Shown here one piece after another: positions 1 to 12,377 of a DNA stretch of 64,000 nucleotides. Origin of the DNA: Eledone cirrhosa. Taxonomy: Eukaryota. The notes under the pieces were generated by a model, which had not been told where the DNA came from, ran no database searches, and was given only the letters and a program-made list of their open reading frames with translations. Made by a program: the position numbers and the translations under genes. Position 1 is the first letter of the stretch. Every line of letters starts with the position of its first letter. The stretch covers positions 19,716,001-19,780,000 of the forward strand of contig OZ024743.1 in NCBI GenBank assembly GCA_964016885.1. Reading direction: 5' to 3'.

Positions 1-570
1 ACTATGTATTACGTGCAGACAGTATCAGTGGCACGGTATCGATCTCCAAATGAGTTAGAGTTCTCCAATTTATTTTTATATGAACACACACACAAATATA
101 CACGCAATATTTGTATATATATATATATATATATAAACACAAATATGTATGCGTTCAATTACAGGGGACAGAAAACCAAGAAGTCTACGAAAGGAATGGA
201 AAATACCTGGACAAACTCTAATAAGAGAATGTTTCGCCATAAAAAGTGAGGATTCCATACCGCTCAGTTCTTATCAACAGGTTTAAAATACTGTGGTTGA
301 CACTTCTAAACTTACATCAGATAACTAACATAACGAACATGGTGAAAAGAGTAGAAAACACGCGCGCTACATAGTCTATAGTAGTGTGAATAGACCTAAT
401 GACCGCTAGAAATAGCACCCCAGAACAATTCAATTTAGGAACCTCTACATACATATAGAAATGAATTGGGAGCCAATATATACAATTATAAAATGGAGTT
501 AAAAACACGCGATAATCCCCTGTAATTTAATGATCTCAAGGGGTAGATGCCCAGCTTCTCATATATATAT

Positions 571-689
571 AACAAAGAAATAGTGGTAAGGAACCAGATG
601 GACCATACCGCACCAGAGTACTCAATACATAGGGTAGTAGATTGGGAAATAGGAAAAAGTATGACCCCCGGGGTCATACTTTTTCCTAT
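571..689 (-). mobile_element. Family A minimal PLE-type hairpin insertion (short palindrome plus tail) in (TA)n
   Basis: Palindrome 649-689 (ataggaaaaagtatgacccc-c-ggggtcatactttttcctat). The 571-648 tail matches the reverse complement of the tails at 1681-1760, 31803-31880 and 34455-34531. (TA)n lies on both sides. Confidence 0.8.
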
Positions 690-709
690 ATATATATAGA
701 GATATGTAT

Positions 710-956
710 AGTGTTAGAACACTGGAAGGTAATATCCGTAGTGGTGAAGCACTCAGACCATGTGACGAGTTAGGTAGAAGTGGTTACACAACAGTTATTA
801 GTTCACCATACCGAGAACAATTGTTTCACCTTAGCAGATCCTCACCTCGTAATGGACAAGGTTATATGTTCCGTATAACCATGTCCCTTACGAGCTGAGG
901 ATCCGCTAAGGTGAAACGATTGTTCTCGGAATGGTGAACTAACTGTTGTGTAAGCA

Positions 957-959
<3 letters not shown>
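710..959 (-). mobile_element. Family B hairpin insertion (inverted pseudo-LTR fragments plus tail)
   Basis: Inverted arms 778-866 and 874-959, an unpaired tail at 710-777, TA tracts on the flanks, and an HHR motif in each arm. Confidence 0.8.
891..928 (+). ncRNA. Minimal type I hammerhead ribozyme motif
   Basis: cgag-CTGAGGA-tcc gctaa ggt-GAAAC gatt GTT-ctcg, with stem I cgag/ctcg. The mirror copy at 812-849 (-) has palindromic stem III ACAATTGT but C3>G. Confidence 0.7.
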
Positions 960-1014
<55 letters not shown>

Positions 1015-1445
1015 TGTATGTATGTATATATGCATATGTATAGACAAACATGCATATATATATATATATAAATAGATAAGTGTGTGTGTGTGTGTGCATA
1101 TGTGCGTATACATATATATAAAATCTATGAAAAATACACACATATGTATTGATTTATTTAAGACTAAAGACAATTGTAAACTTCCAACCTTCTGATGAAT
1201 ATGCAGGTATACCCATTGATTAATGCAACTGGTCACGAAATGTCTGACAACAGAGATAATTTAATATTGGTCAACATTGTGAATATAAGGTAACACCTCA
1301 AAAAGGTTAAAAGAAAACAGACATGAACATTTTTATTATATGTGTATACATATATATATATATATGTGTGTGTGTCTGTGTGTATGTGTGTGTTTGTGTG
1401 TATGTGTGTATATATATAGAGAGAGAGAGAAAAAAGAGAGATAAT

Positions 1446-1520
<75 letters not shown>

Positions 1521-1521
1521 T

Positions 1522-1825
1522 GGAAAAGATTCAGGTTCCTCGACGGGCTGAGCTCCGGCTTTTTCGAGAGCTAGATCCGAACTAAACCGGTAGCGTTAGG
1601 TCCTAACACTACGGGTTTAGTTCGGATCTAGCTCTCGAAACGGCCGGAGCTCAGCAGTCGGCGTCCAGACTCTTTTCCTATTACCCATTCTACTATCCTA
1701 AGTTTCGAGTACTCTGGTGCCTTATGGTCTACCTGGTTCCTTACCACATTTCCTTCGTTATACATACATAGGAAAATGTTTAACCCCGACGGCAGAGCAC
1801 ATGCCGTTTCGACGGCTATTTCTGG

Positions 1826-1829
<4 letters not shown>
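1522..1829 (+). mobile_element. Family A hairpin insertion plus an adjacent solo inverted arm
   Basis: Arms 1522-1600 and 1602-1678, tail 1681-1760 shared with the other A copies, and a further inverted arm at 1769-1829 ending in (TA)n. Confidence 0.8.
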
Positions 1830-1922
<93 letters not shown>

Positions 1923-2261
1923 TATTGAAATTTGCTTAAAGCATTGTGGAATAATAAGATTTATTTTCTTTTGGTCGCTTTGGAAGCCTCAACAATGCAG
2001 ATGGGTAATTCTCTGCGTAACAAAATCCGGTGGTGAAGGGAGAAATGTAAATGAATGTAGAATGAGATATATAGTGTGTAGAAGAACGTAGAAAAGAGTG
2101 TAAAAAATAAAAATAATAACACGAGATAGAGTTACCTTGTGAGAGATTTAATTGTTCCTATATTTCGGATTCACATCCATCAACTGGGGGGTTTTCCGGA
2201 GGAAGGTTATCTGTCGGATCGGAGTGGAGCGATACGTGTCCTCTGCTGTTCATTGTTTTGA

Positions 2262-2359
<98 letters not shown>

Positions 2360-2664
2360 GGTGATGGTCATGTTGTTGTAATAATATTGCCAGAAATAAT
2401 AACAGCACACACTCACTGTTTGGTTGGTTTTCGCTACTGCATCTTTTATATTTCCATAGTTAATTTATTTGACAATCAATGTTAATCATTGACTGACGAT
2501 CGGTGAAAAATACAGATTTCAATATATATATATATATATATAATCTAACAAAGTTCCTTCGTTGCACATCTGCAACATCATCAGTGATACTATTATCCTG
2601 TATCCTCCTATTGTGTTGTATTGTAATGTTCACACAATTTTTATTTTATATAAATATGTATATA

Positions 2665-2793
<129 letters not shown>

Positions 2794-2794
2794 T

Positions 2795-3324
2795 ATATAT
2801 TAATAAATGGAAACTATATTTATAAAACTATATTTATTTTATTATACAATATATTAATAAATGGAAACTATATTTATAAAACTATATTTATTTTATTATA
2901 CATATTTCAAGGGCAACCAAGGCAAATTATGGTGCGCTTTCACCAGATAAAATACAGATTTTTTTTATAAATAAATATTGACATACCCGAAAAAAAAGAA
3001 AGACAACCTTAACGATTGGGGCTTCCTGGATAGTGGAGATATTACATTTATCCAGGAAGCCCCAACCGTTAAGGTTGTCTTTTTTTTTTTTTCGGGTATG
3101 TCAATATTTATTTATAAAACAAATCTGTATTTTATCTGGTGAAAGCCCACCATAATTTGCTTTGGTTTCTCTTGAAATATGTATAATAAAATAAATATAG
3201 TTTTATAAATATAGTTTCCATTTATTAATATATTGTGTATTTACTCCACTAAACTGTTGAGTGCTTTATATCAGTTATAAAAATGTTTAAGCTTGTTGAA
3301 TCCCAACAAAATAAATATAACCTC

Positions 3325-3327
<3 letters not shown>
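2795..3327 (+). mobile_element. Family D PLE pseudo-LTR hairpin plus tail
   Basis: Arms ~2846-3032 and 3049-3236, tail 3237-3327, a ~52 bp tandem duplication at the left end, and (TA)n flanks. The same sequence abuts PLE RT at 38868-39000. Confidence 0.8.
3128..3193 (+). ncRNA. Type I hammerhead motif of family D (core CTGGTGA, one mismatch)
   Basis: tattttat-CTGGTGA-long stem II-GAAA tatgta TA-ataaaata, with an 8 bp stem I. The homologue at 38906-38968 (-) has CTGATGA but GAAA>CAAA. Confidence 0.6.
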
Positions 3328-3390
<63 letters not shown>

Positions 3391-3395
<5 letters not shown>

Positions 3396-4705
3396 TAAAA
3401 TAACAGATTAAAGTTTAAGCAAAGAATTGCTGCTTTCACCCTTAACCGGATCTTCTGAAACTAACAAAGTCAATTTGTAAACGCAGAAGTGGATATTTCA
3501 AAAAACGTTGCAACCGGAGGTAGACAGGAAGACTATACTTTGGTTCGTGGAAACGTTCGCTATGCAAATAAGTAACAGTATAAACAAAACATATACTTTG
3601 CTCCCACATCAAGACGTAAAATATCCACGTGTAGATCGTACTATCCGTTAGGGTATAACGTGGGGCTGTAATACAGGAAAGTTTTGTGCATTTATGTTTA
3701 CAAGCCGAAAATGCCTCAGATTTTTTGTTTAAGATGTGGTCTGTGGCGCAGAGGTCACATGGTCTTTTATTTCCGTTATACGATCCAGCCCTAGCTAGGA
3801 TCTCCCAGTGTAACGTATATTGGGTGTGGTTGTCTTTTAGACTCCAGATATAAGCTGAAAGTGACGTCATATTGCTTCTTAGAGGGTAACGAAAAGAATG
3901 GGTATGCATGTAAAGACGCTGCTTGAATCTAGTGACGGTTAACCCTATGTAAGCCCTACGGGACGTGGGTGTTACAACCTTACATTTGTAGACAATGTTA
4001 CTAGAGAGGCATTTCCCGGATAGGGGGCAATCAACCCGATTCCTACAATTAGAGTTAGTACTAACTACAGGGTTGCACGTGTTCCTACGGCTAGGTAGTT
4101 TAGCTAAATTTGAAGCTGTGATGTTACGTGCAAGGTTAGGAGTCGTAGAGTAAGAGATTTTAATAGTATTTCTATTAAAAATGTTACTATATTTATGTGT
4201 AGGGGGAAAATGCTTCGTAATAAGGGAAAGAAAGATCTTAGCTAAAGGTGTGGCCACCTCCATATTATATGGTGGGTTATACCAACAAATGCGACGGGAT
4301 CTATTTCTTGTAGGTCTATTTTCGTACTCTGTATATGCTACCTTATCGACAAATCCACTTCGAGCAAGAACTTCATTGTAATAAGTGGAATGGTCGTTGA
4401 AAATACGCGCGTTGTTGGAAAGACGGGAAAGCCTCAACGAAACGTTTCTTACCAGGTTCCTGGTTATGCTGGCAGGATGGTTAAGTGTATCATTCGGTTG
4501 CAACGTTTTTTAAAATATCCACTTCTGCGTTTACAGATTGATTTTGTTAGTTTCAGAAGATCCCGTTAGGGTGAAAGCAGCGATTCTTTACTTAAACTTT
4601 AATCTGTTATTTTAATAAATATTTGCTCTACCGTTCTTATATATTTGATATATATTTATCCTTATCGAGCCCTCTTTGGATTTTAGTCTTCAAATTTATT
4701 ATTAT

Positions 4706-4709
<4 letters not shown>
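3391..4709 (-). mobile_element. Penelope-like element (family E), 5'-truncated, with inverted pLTRs
   Basis: ORF 3442-4503 (-) has PLE RT C-terminal motifs (NHPASI, WYNPPY, IFNRNTIKISYS) and a GIY-YIG domain (CPLSGKC..NIVYKC..AYIGLT..FKQR). Inverted repeats at 3391-3517 and 4495-4620, tail 4621-4709, (TA)n flanks. Confidence 0.92.
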
Positions 4710-4742
<33 letters not shown>

Positions 4743-4984
4743 TGATCTTTATGACATGTACAAAAAGTTGATATTTAACAAAGAAATGTTTTCAAAATAT
4801 AGCAATAGAGAAATCAAACTTTGATAAGGATCAATCTTTTATACATGTCCTTTTTCATATATATACTAGGTGCGCTTTTCGATGCCCCTCCCCCCTTTTT
4901 TTACTATCGTTCCCTTTATATAACGTGATCTCTATAGAACGTTTTCTATCGTGCACACTTTCTACCACTATATATATATATATT

Positions 4985-5245
4985 TCTTCTAACTTTAATT
5001 TTATACCTAATTGTGTATGGTTGACGGTATATTTAATCGATTTCCACGTGCTGTTGAAATGTTGGGTAAATATTCTATGGCGGGTGGTCGCGAAGAGATT
5101 TCTGTCGTTTATTTATCTACTATTTCTTCATAGGTGCCTTTTAATCTTATAACTGGTCTAATTGATTTTGTGTGTGGTTAATTATGCTAATTGGGAGAGG
5201 AAATGGTGTATATATATTATCAAATGATTCTATGGACATACTTTA
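4985..5245. repeat. Family F dispersed repeat, one arm
   Basis: Clear similarity to the arms of the 63444-63987 palindrome, and bounded by TA tracts. Confidence 0.75.
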
Positions 5246-5272
5246 TAGTATATATATATATATATATATATA

Positions 5273-5499
5273 AGTAGAAGGGCTATTTAATTTGTTGCAA
5301 GTCCGACAAATATACATGTTTATAACTGATTTAGAGCACACAACAATCTACTGGAGTAAATATTCAATGATATTAAATAAATGGAAACTATATTTATAAA
5401 ACCATATTTATTTTATTATGTATATTTCAAGTACCCTTGAAATATATATAATAAAATAAATATGGTTTTATAAATATAGTTTCCATTTATTTAATATCA

Positions 5500-5502
<3 letters not shown>
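5273..5502 (-). mobile_element. Family D short hairpin plus tail
   Basis: Arms 5365-5431 and 5436-5502. The 5273-5364 tail is homologous to the reverse complement of 3237-3327. (TA)n flanks. Confidence 0.8.
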
Positions 5503-5589
<87 letters not shown>

Positions 5590-5629
5590 AAATATATATA
5601 TATATAAATATATATATATATACATGATA

Positions 5630-6113
5630 TCATAAAGAGCAAAAGACAATCTAAGTCAATGAAAAACATCCTAACACATGCCAAAGTACTGTCAACCACA
5701 ACAACGAAACCCACATGCGATAGACCCAACTGTGGCATTTGCATCAACCTGATAGAGGGTTCGGAATTCTATTTCAAAGAAGGACAACGTTTTATAGTAA
5801 AACACAATTTCACATGCGCATCAGAAAATCTAATATATGTATTAACTTGCTCAGGTTGTCGAGACAATACATAGGCCAGACCAAAAACAGCCTCCGCCAA
5901 CGCATGACTGTCCATAGATCCCAAATTAAAATAAGAGAATACAGGAAAATACCACTGAGTGAACACATTGATACCTGTGCCGCCTAAAATCATCCCAACT
6001 TCAGAATCTTTCCCCTCTACAAATTTAAAGATAATGCCACCAACACTCAGCGCATCAGCAAGGAATCTTACTTTATTAACAAATACGGACCCCGTCTAAA
6101 CACTTCTCCCTAA
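5630..6113 (+). pseudogene. PLE GIY-YIG endonuclease with a Cys-rich linker (Neptune-like), frameshifted
   Basis: CDRPNCGIC...FTCASENLIYVLTCSGC / YIGQTKNSLRQRMTVHR...EH...KESYFINKYGPRLN, spread over frames with one internal stop. Confidence 0.88.
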
Positions 6114-6855
6114 GACGAACCCACAACATACACACGTCAACATACATACCTACATCAGCATACATCTCTACCCACATATAAACACAATGACATACGTAAA
6201 CACACATGTTCTATGGTGCAACACAAATATATACAAATTTACATACCTTTTGATGTCTATAGATATAAACGTACCGACACACACACATACATACACGCAC
6301 ACATGCATTGCACACTGATGGGAACATACATATTTGTACACAAGTATTTCAATACGGCAAGACCTAATGGATTCCCCTTGCAGTACGTACAATCTGGACA
6401 CACTCCAGATACATATTTGTACACAGGTATACAATTTCTGGACACACTCCAGATACATGTGTACAATTTGTACACAAGTATACAATTTGTGCACAGGTAT
6501 ACAATTTCTGGACACACTCCAGATACATATTTCTGCACAGGTATTCCAATACGGCAAGGCATAATGGATTACCCTTGCAGTACGTACAATCTGGACACAC
6601 TCACACACACCTTGGTATTATGCCAATACTATATATCATTTCACACCTTTTATTATTAAGATTTTTGATGTTCTATTGAGAGAATCGATTTTACTGAAAA
6701 TATCGAATAATGTACACCATTTCACCAGTACCACAAAATAATTACTGGTACACCCACACACACACAAACACATTCTCACACACACACACACACACACACA
6801 AGTGTATGCGCACACACGCATATATATACACACACACATACACACGCGTACATTA

Positions 6856-6903
<48 letters not shown>

Positions 6904-7010
6904 CTCCGTATAAGACAAGAGCTGAAAAATATCTTTTAATATGTTAAAATAACCCCCACACACTTACAGACACATTCCTACTGACCATCCCTCTACCACG
7001 AATTACTATG

Positions 7011-7055
<45 letters not shown>

Positions 7056-7570
7056 TCTTAATAGGCATTTGAACTGTCAACAGGCTGCGGTTTGCACACA
7101 CATCCCTGCTGACCATTCTCACAACAACGAACCTCTTTACTACTACTACACACACACACATGCATATTTGTTTTGAAAGACTTATTTCTCAGTGACTTCT
7201 CAATCAGCCGTCACAAACCTACATTTGGCGCAAAATCAATTTTTAACATTCACATGACCTCTACCAACCAATCAAAATTGTTTTGACCACAAGAATTTTT
7301 GCAACACAAATTGGCGCAAAACTTATTTTAATACCGCTGGAGTCACTTTTTTAACACAAAAACAGGTAGAATTCCCAAAACTAATCAGATCAGAGCAAAC
7401 ATCACGGTCGCTCTATCTCAAAATTATTTTTGAAAAGCATTAGAAATGCGCAACAGGTGAAACTTAAAACCAAAACTGAATACTAACCAATACTATTACT
7501 AATTCTCGCTTATTCCTAATTAAACTATTTTTCACTGTGAACAATTTGTCAGCTTTTTCTTTTCCGTTTA

Positions 7571-7575
<5 letters not shown>
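6114..7575 (+). mobile_element. Probable 3' UTR/pLTR of the preceding PLE, with internal tandem repeats (6340-6600), (CA)n and a decayed HHR at ~7430-7460
   Basis: Repeated tacaatttctggacacactccagatacata units, and TTGAAAA-gcat tagaa atgc-GCAAC ag GTG close to the terminal (TA)n. Confidence 0.55.
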
Positions 7576-7669
<94 letters not shown>

Positions 7670-8460
7670 CGTTTCTGAATTTGTTTAGCAAGATTCTTTA
7701 TCTGAAATCGTGTGTTGAAACCGATATTGTTATACTTTGGGAGGGTCATGTTGCCAATAAGAAACACACGCACCAGTTGCTTTCACTTCAATTTATTATT
7801 ATAATAAATTTATAATAAATTTATAAATTTATAAATTTCTGGTTGGTTGGTTGGTTCCACAACCAGATAGTTGTTTATATATTGTCATAGTTCTTTTGTC
7901 ACACACTCTGTGACCTCTTCAGTAACTGGGGATTCCTTTCTTTGTTTCTGTGCCTTTCCTTTGTTCTGTCCTACGCCATTTTGTTTCTGTGTGTGTGTTG
8001 TGTGCTCAGTCTGCGCATGCGCCACATCCGGGTGTCTGTGTGTGTTTATGTTCATTTATTTATTTGTTTATTTACATGTTACTGGTTGGTTGTTTGTTCT
8101 ATGTGTGTGTGTGTTTTCATTTTGTCCTTAATTGTAAGTTGTGATGTTGCTGTTCCACTCATATTTTCTATTTAATTTTGGTTGTAATTCTTTTATGTTT
8201 ATTGACTCTGTAATTTGTCTAAGACCCCTTAACCCTGATAATGTACTCCCGCTACGTTGATGATATAAACATCGTAGTTAAGACACCCCCACTAGAGAAC
8301 AGTCAGGAACTAGAGAAAAACACAATGGAAAGCATCCAGCAAATAGCTAACTCCATCCACCAGAGCATTAGAGTTACTATAGACTACCCAAGTAAACACC
8401 CCAACCATCGATTACCTGTACTAGACACAGAGCTCTGGTTAGATACCATTAATAACAAAA

Positions 8461-8502
8461 ATGCACTGGGTAATTGATGGCCTTGTGCCTAAAGTAGAAA
8501 CA
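8461..8502 (+). mobile_element. 3' fragment of a tRNA-derived SINE inserted in the PLE ORF
   Basis: atgcactgggtaattgatggccttgtgcctaaagtagaaac matches the 3' end of the SINE at 63232-63416. 13 bp TSD attaataacaaaa at 8448-8460 and 8503-8515. Absent from the homologue at ~47360. Confidence 0.85.
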
Positions 8503-9640
8503 ATTAATAACAAAAAACAAATCCTCCATTCCTATTATGCCAAACCCATGACTTCCAAACATCTGATCCACCGAAACTCGGCCGTTTCGGACCATACCAA
8601 AATCAACATACTGATTGCGGATTTGGTACGGGTGATGAGAAACGTGTCCCGCATGTGCAACCCCGAAGAACTAGAGAGACACATACAACACTTCATCCAC
8701 CGTATGCAGTTCTCTGGCTACAATCAGAGAGATAAAATCAGAGTGTATAGAGGAGCCAGAACCAAATGGGAAAAAATGGTAAATAATGACATAAATGGGA
8801 CCTGCCCCTTGTATAGGAACAAATTTTGGAATAGAATAGAAAGAACTAGGAACAAGACTAATAGAATAAACTCATGGTATGATAGCAATAAATACCAGAG
8901 TGTAATGTTCATCGATACAACCCCTAGAGGTGAATTAGCTTACAAATTTAGAAGGGCCCTAAATAAACATAAACTCAATATTAAAATAGTAGAAAGACCA
9001 GGTACCTCCGTAAAAACACTAATTAGCAAGACATACCCTTTTCAAAGACCCTCATGTATAGATAAGAAATGTATAACCTGTAAAATAAGCCCCCATATTA
9101 ACTGTAAAACTAGAAATGTAGTGTATAGCATAAGATGTACTGAAGTACAATGTAGAGACAAAAATATAGTGTACATAGGTTAGACAGCTCGTAGTGTAGG
9201 GGAACGGATAAATGAACACTGGCGAGACCTTCAAGATAGTAAAGAATCATCTGTACTCTACCAACATGCTAAAATAGAACAAAAGGGTAAATTAGAGAAC
9301 ATAGAAATAAAAATAGAATCTACACACAGAAAAGACGCAATGTTTAGACAAATTACAGAGGCAATAAACATAAAAGAATTACAACCAAAATTAAATAGAA
9401 AATATGAGTGGAACAGCAACATCACAACTTACAATTAAGGACAAAATGAAAACACACACACACATAGAACAAACAACCAACTAGTAACATGTAAATAAAC
9501 AAATAAATAAATGAACATAAACACACACAGACACCCGGATGTGGCGCATGCGCAGACTGAGCACACAACACACACACACAGAAACAAAATGGCGTAGGAC
9601 AGAACAAAGGAGAGGCACAGAAACAAAGAAGGAATCCCCA

Positions 9641-9683
9641 GTCACTGAAGAGGTCACAGAGTGTGTGACGAAAGAACTATGAC
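9641..9683 (+). ncRNA. Minimal type I hammerhead motif in the family H pLTR
   Basis: gtca-CTGAAGA-g gtcaca gagtg tgtgac-GAAA gaac TA-tgac. Homologues at 7884-7926 (-), 45755-45797 (-) and 48496-48538 (+). Confidence 0.75.
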
Positions 9684-9839
9684 AATATATAAACAACTAT
9701 CTGGTTGTGGAACCAACCAACCAACCAACCAGAAATTTATAAATTTATAAATTTATTATAAATTTATTATAATAATAAATTGAAGTGAAAGCAACTGGTG
9801 CGTGTGTTTCTTATTGGCAACATGACCCTCCCAAAGTAT

Positions 9840-9904
<65 letters not shown>

Positions 9905-9907
<3 letters not shown>

Positions 9908-12335
9908 TCACCATTTTACGTCAATGTCTCCACGCTAGCATTGGTTAGAAAGGTTGACCTGTTGTGGGCAATGGCAGGTGACCGTGTCTTGCTCATAAAG
10001 GATAGATTTTGTCCCGTTTTCTACAGCTGGATGCCCTTCCTAAAACCAACCTCATTTACAGTGAGTACTGGGTGCTTTTCTTTACCGTGGCGCCTACACG
10101 ACCACTTTACAGTGTGAACTGCGTGCTTTTTGTCGTGACACCTACACGACCATTTTCATCTTTGGCTTGTAGGAATCACGGGTCTTCTGTATTACTTCGT
10201 AACGCCAGATGTCTCGGTCCTGTGTCATCGCCTTTAAGAGGTGCAGTTGGGCAAGGTCAGATTTGATCACCTCATTCTTGGTCTGCTTGGGTCTCCCCAC
10301 TCCAAGGCTTCCATCGACTTTTAGTGCTCTGCATTTTTTTATACAACTGTCATCCTTCATACGCATCACATGTCCATACCAACGCAATCTCTTCACCTGC
10401 ACACAAATTTGATTCCTCTTATGCTTAGTCTCTCTCTTAATTTGCCGTTCGTTGCGTATATTACTGTTACACATCCATCGGAGCATGCAAACTTTGTTTC
10501 TTTCTAATCTACGCAAGTCTTCTGCACACAACGCTCAGGTCTCACTGCCATGTAACATTGCTGTTCGTATGCACGCATAATACAGTCTGCCTTTCATTTT
10601 GAGGGAAAAGCCTTTTGTAGCTAGCAGTGGTTGTAGCTCCCTGAACTTCTTCCATCCCGTTCTTACCCTGGTTACTGTACTTTCAGAACACCTCCCTCCG
10701 CTGCTAATTCGGTCTGCTAGATAGTAGAAGCTGTCTACTGTTTCTACAAAGCTCTCCCAGAATTTGGTAGTTTTTGTTTCCTGTGGCCGTTTGCTGTTTA
10801 CTGTCCCAATACAACTGCTATATATAAAGCCTACATTCTTAGCTAGACTTCATGAGATCCCACTGCATCTCTTGTGCACCTATAGTTTGCATTTGGGGCA
10901 TAGGATGGAATTTTTACCTACACCTTTCCTGCATACTGAGCAAAGCCATTTACTTGAGGGGGTCTGGGTTCTGTTTCCCCGTCTACTTACGAGGACCTTA
11001 GTCTTTGTTAGATTGTCTCTGAGACCCCTTCTTTCTAGTCCCTGCTTCCATGTTTGGAATTTCTTCTCTAATTCCACCATAGATTCAGATATAAGTGTAA
11101 GATCATCCACGTACAGAAATTCCCATTTGCATCCGGTCCTAAACTCCTATCTTATATACTGTAGTACGATAATAAACAGAAGGTTAATAACGGAGCCCTG
11201 GAGGACACCAACGTGCATACTGAATTCCCCTCTGTAGTCATTGTTAACCCTAACTTTGCTGACTGCTCACCTATACAATTTTTACAGCATTCACAAGCCA
11301 TTGATCTACTCCTTGTTTTCTAAGAGCCACCTCTGTCGAAGGCTTTTTCTTGATCGACAAATGCCAGGTAGAGTGGCTTACTTTTAGCTAGGTACTTTTC
11401 CTGTAATTGCCTCACAAGGAAAAGAGCATCAGTGGTGCTTTAGCCTGACACAAACCCGAACTGCATGTCATCTAGATTTATCCGGTCCCTAATCAACTGT
11501 GATTTAACTCTTTCTGTTACTTTCATGACATGGTCCATCAGCTTTATACCTCTATAGTTTCTATCTAGTTCATCTCCTTTATCCTTGTAGTAGTTGACAA
11601 TGATGCTGCTGCACCCATCCTTTGGTATGACGCCCTCTAGTATTACTTAGTTAACAATACGTGTGGTTATGGTGTAACCTAGAGACCCAGATGCCTTCAG
11701 CAATTCGGCAGCTATACCTGATGGTCCGAAGCCTTCCCTGTCTTCATATCTTTAATTGCCTTGCTTACTACACTACTGCTGATTTGTATTGCTGGGCCCT
11801 CTATAGGATCCACTTTGTGTAGGGTCTCTTTCTCCCATGCATTCTCCTCATTGAGTAATCATTCATAATGGCTCTTCTACGCAGCTTTCTTCTTGGCACT
11901 CGAGAGGGCAAGCTCTCTTTTATCTTTCCTGTCACACTTCTCTCCAACGACATCACAATTTTCTCTAACGCACTCCCTCGCAATCCTGAACACCTCCTGT
12001 TTCTGGACCTCACGTTGCAAAGTATGCTTGAATTTTCTATCCTACGCTTCCGTTCTAGCTGAATATACTTGTCGCCTAGCTTCTCCCCTGATCTCTATGT
12101 AATGTACCCTGCTTCTCGCGGTCTTCCATTGTTTACATCCATATCTCTTAGCCTTAATTGCCTCAACTACCCTATTGTTCCACCGCCAGGTCACTCTCTT
12201 TCTTCCTGTGGTCTTGCCCAACCACAAACCTCGTCTGTCGCTTCTAGTAAGCTATTTTTCTAGAAGCTCCCAGTGCTCTTCTATATTGAATGTTTCTCTC
12301 TGTTCTTCTTTATTGTCATTGGCGTCGAGTAATAT
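9905..12335 (-). mobile_element. RTE-clade LINE, 5'-truncated and decayed
   Basis: Fragments WRWNNRVVEAIKAKR, DDLTLISES..NLTKTKVL, CSVCRKGVGKNSILC and RLRWYGHVMRM..GRPK, plus a short (TGA)n-like 3' end at ~9905. Confidence 0.9.
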
Positions 12336-12337
12336 AC

Positions 12338-12377
<40 letters not shown>

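Larger units (their letters stand above)
7667..9847 (+). mobile_element. Penelope-like element (family H, tentatively Naiad-like) with an inverted 5' pLTR plus tail
   Basis: RT motifs YSRYVDD, DYPSKHPNHRLPVLD and YYAKPM, then GIY-YIG (CKTRNVVYSIRC..VYIG*TAR) at 8225-9440. 7726-8222 is an inverted copy of ~9340-9847. Tail 7667-7725, (TA)n flanks. Confidence 0.93.

Noticed and set aside
2487-2523. CTGACGA-tcggt-GAAA motif
   Set aside because: Stem II is too short to form. At best it is a deleted relic.
6340-6600. Repeat-spacer-like pattern resembling a CRISPR array
   Set aside because: The intervening sequences are themselves repeated, the context is a eukaryotic retroelement UTR, and there are no cas genes.
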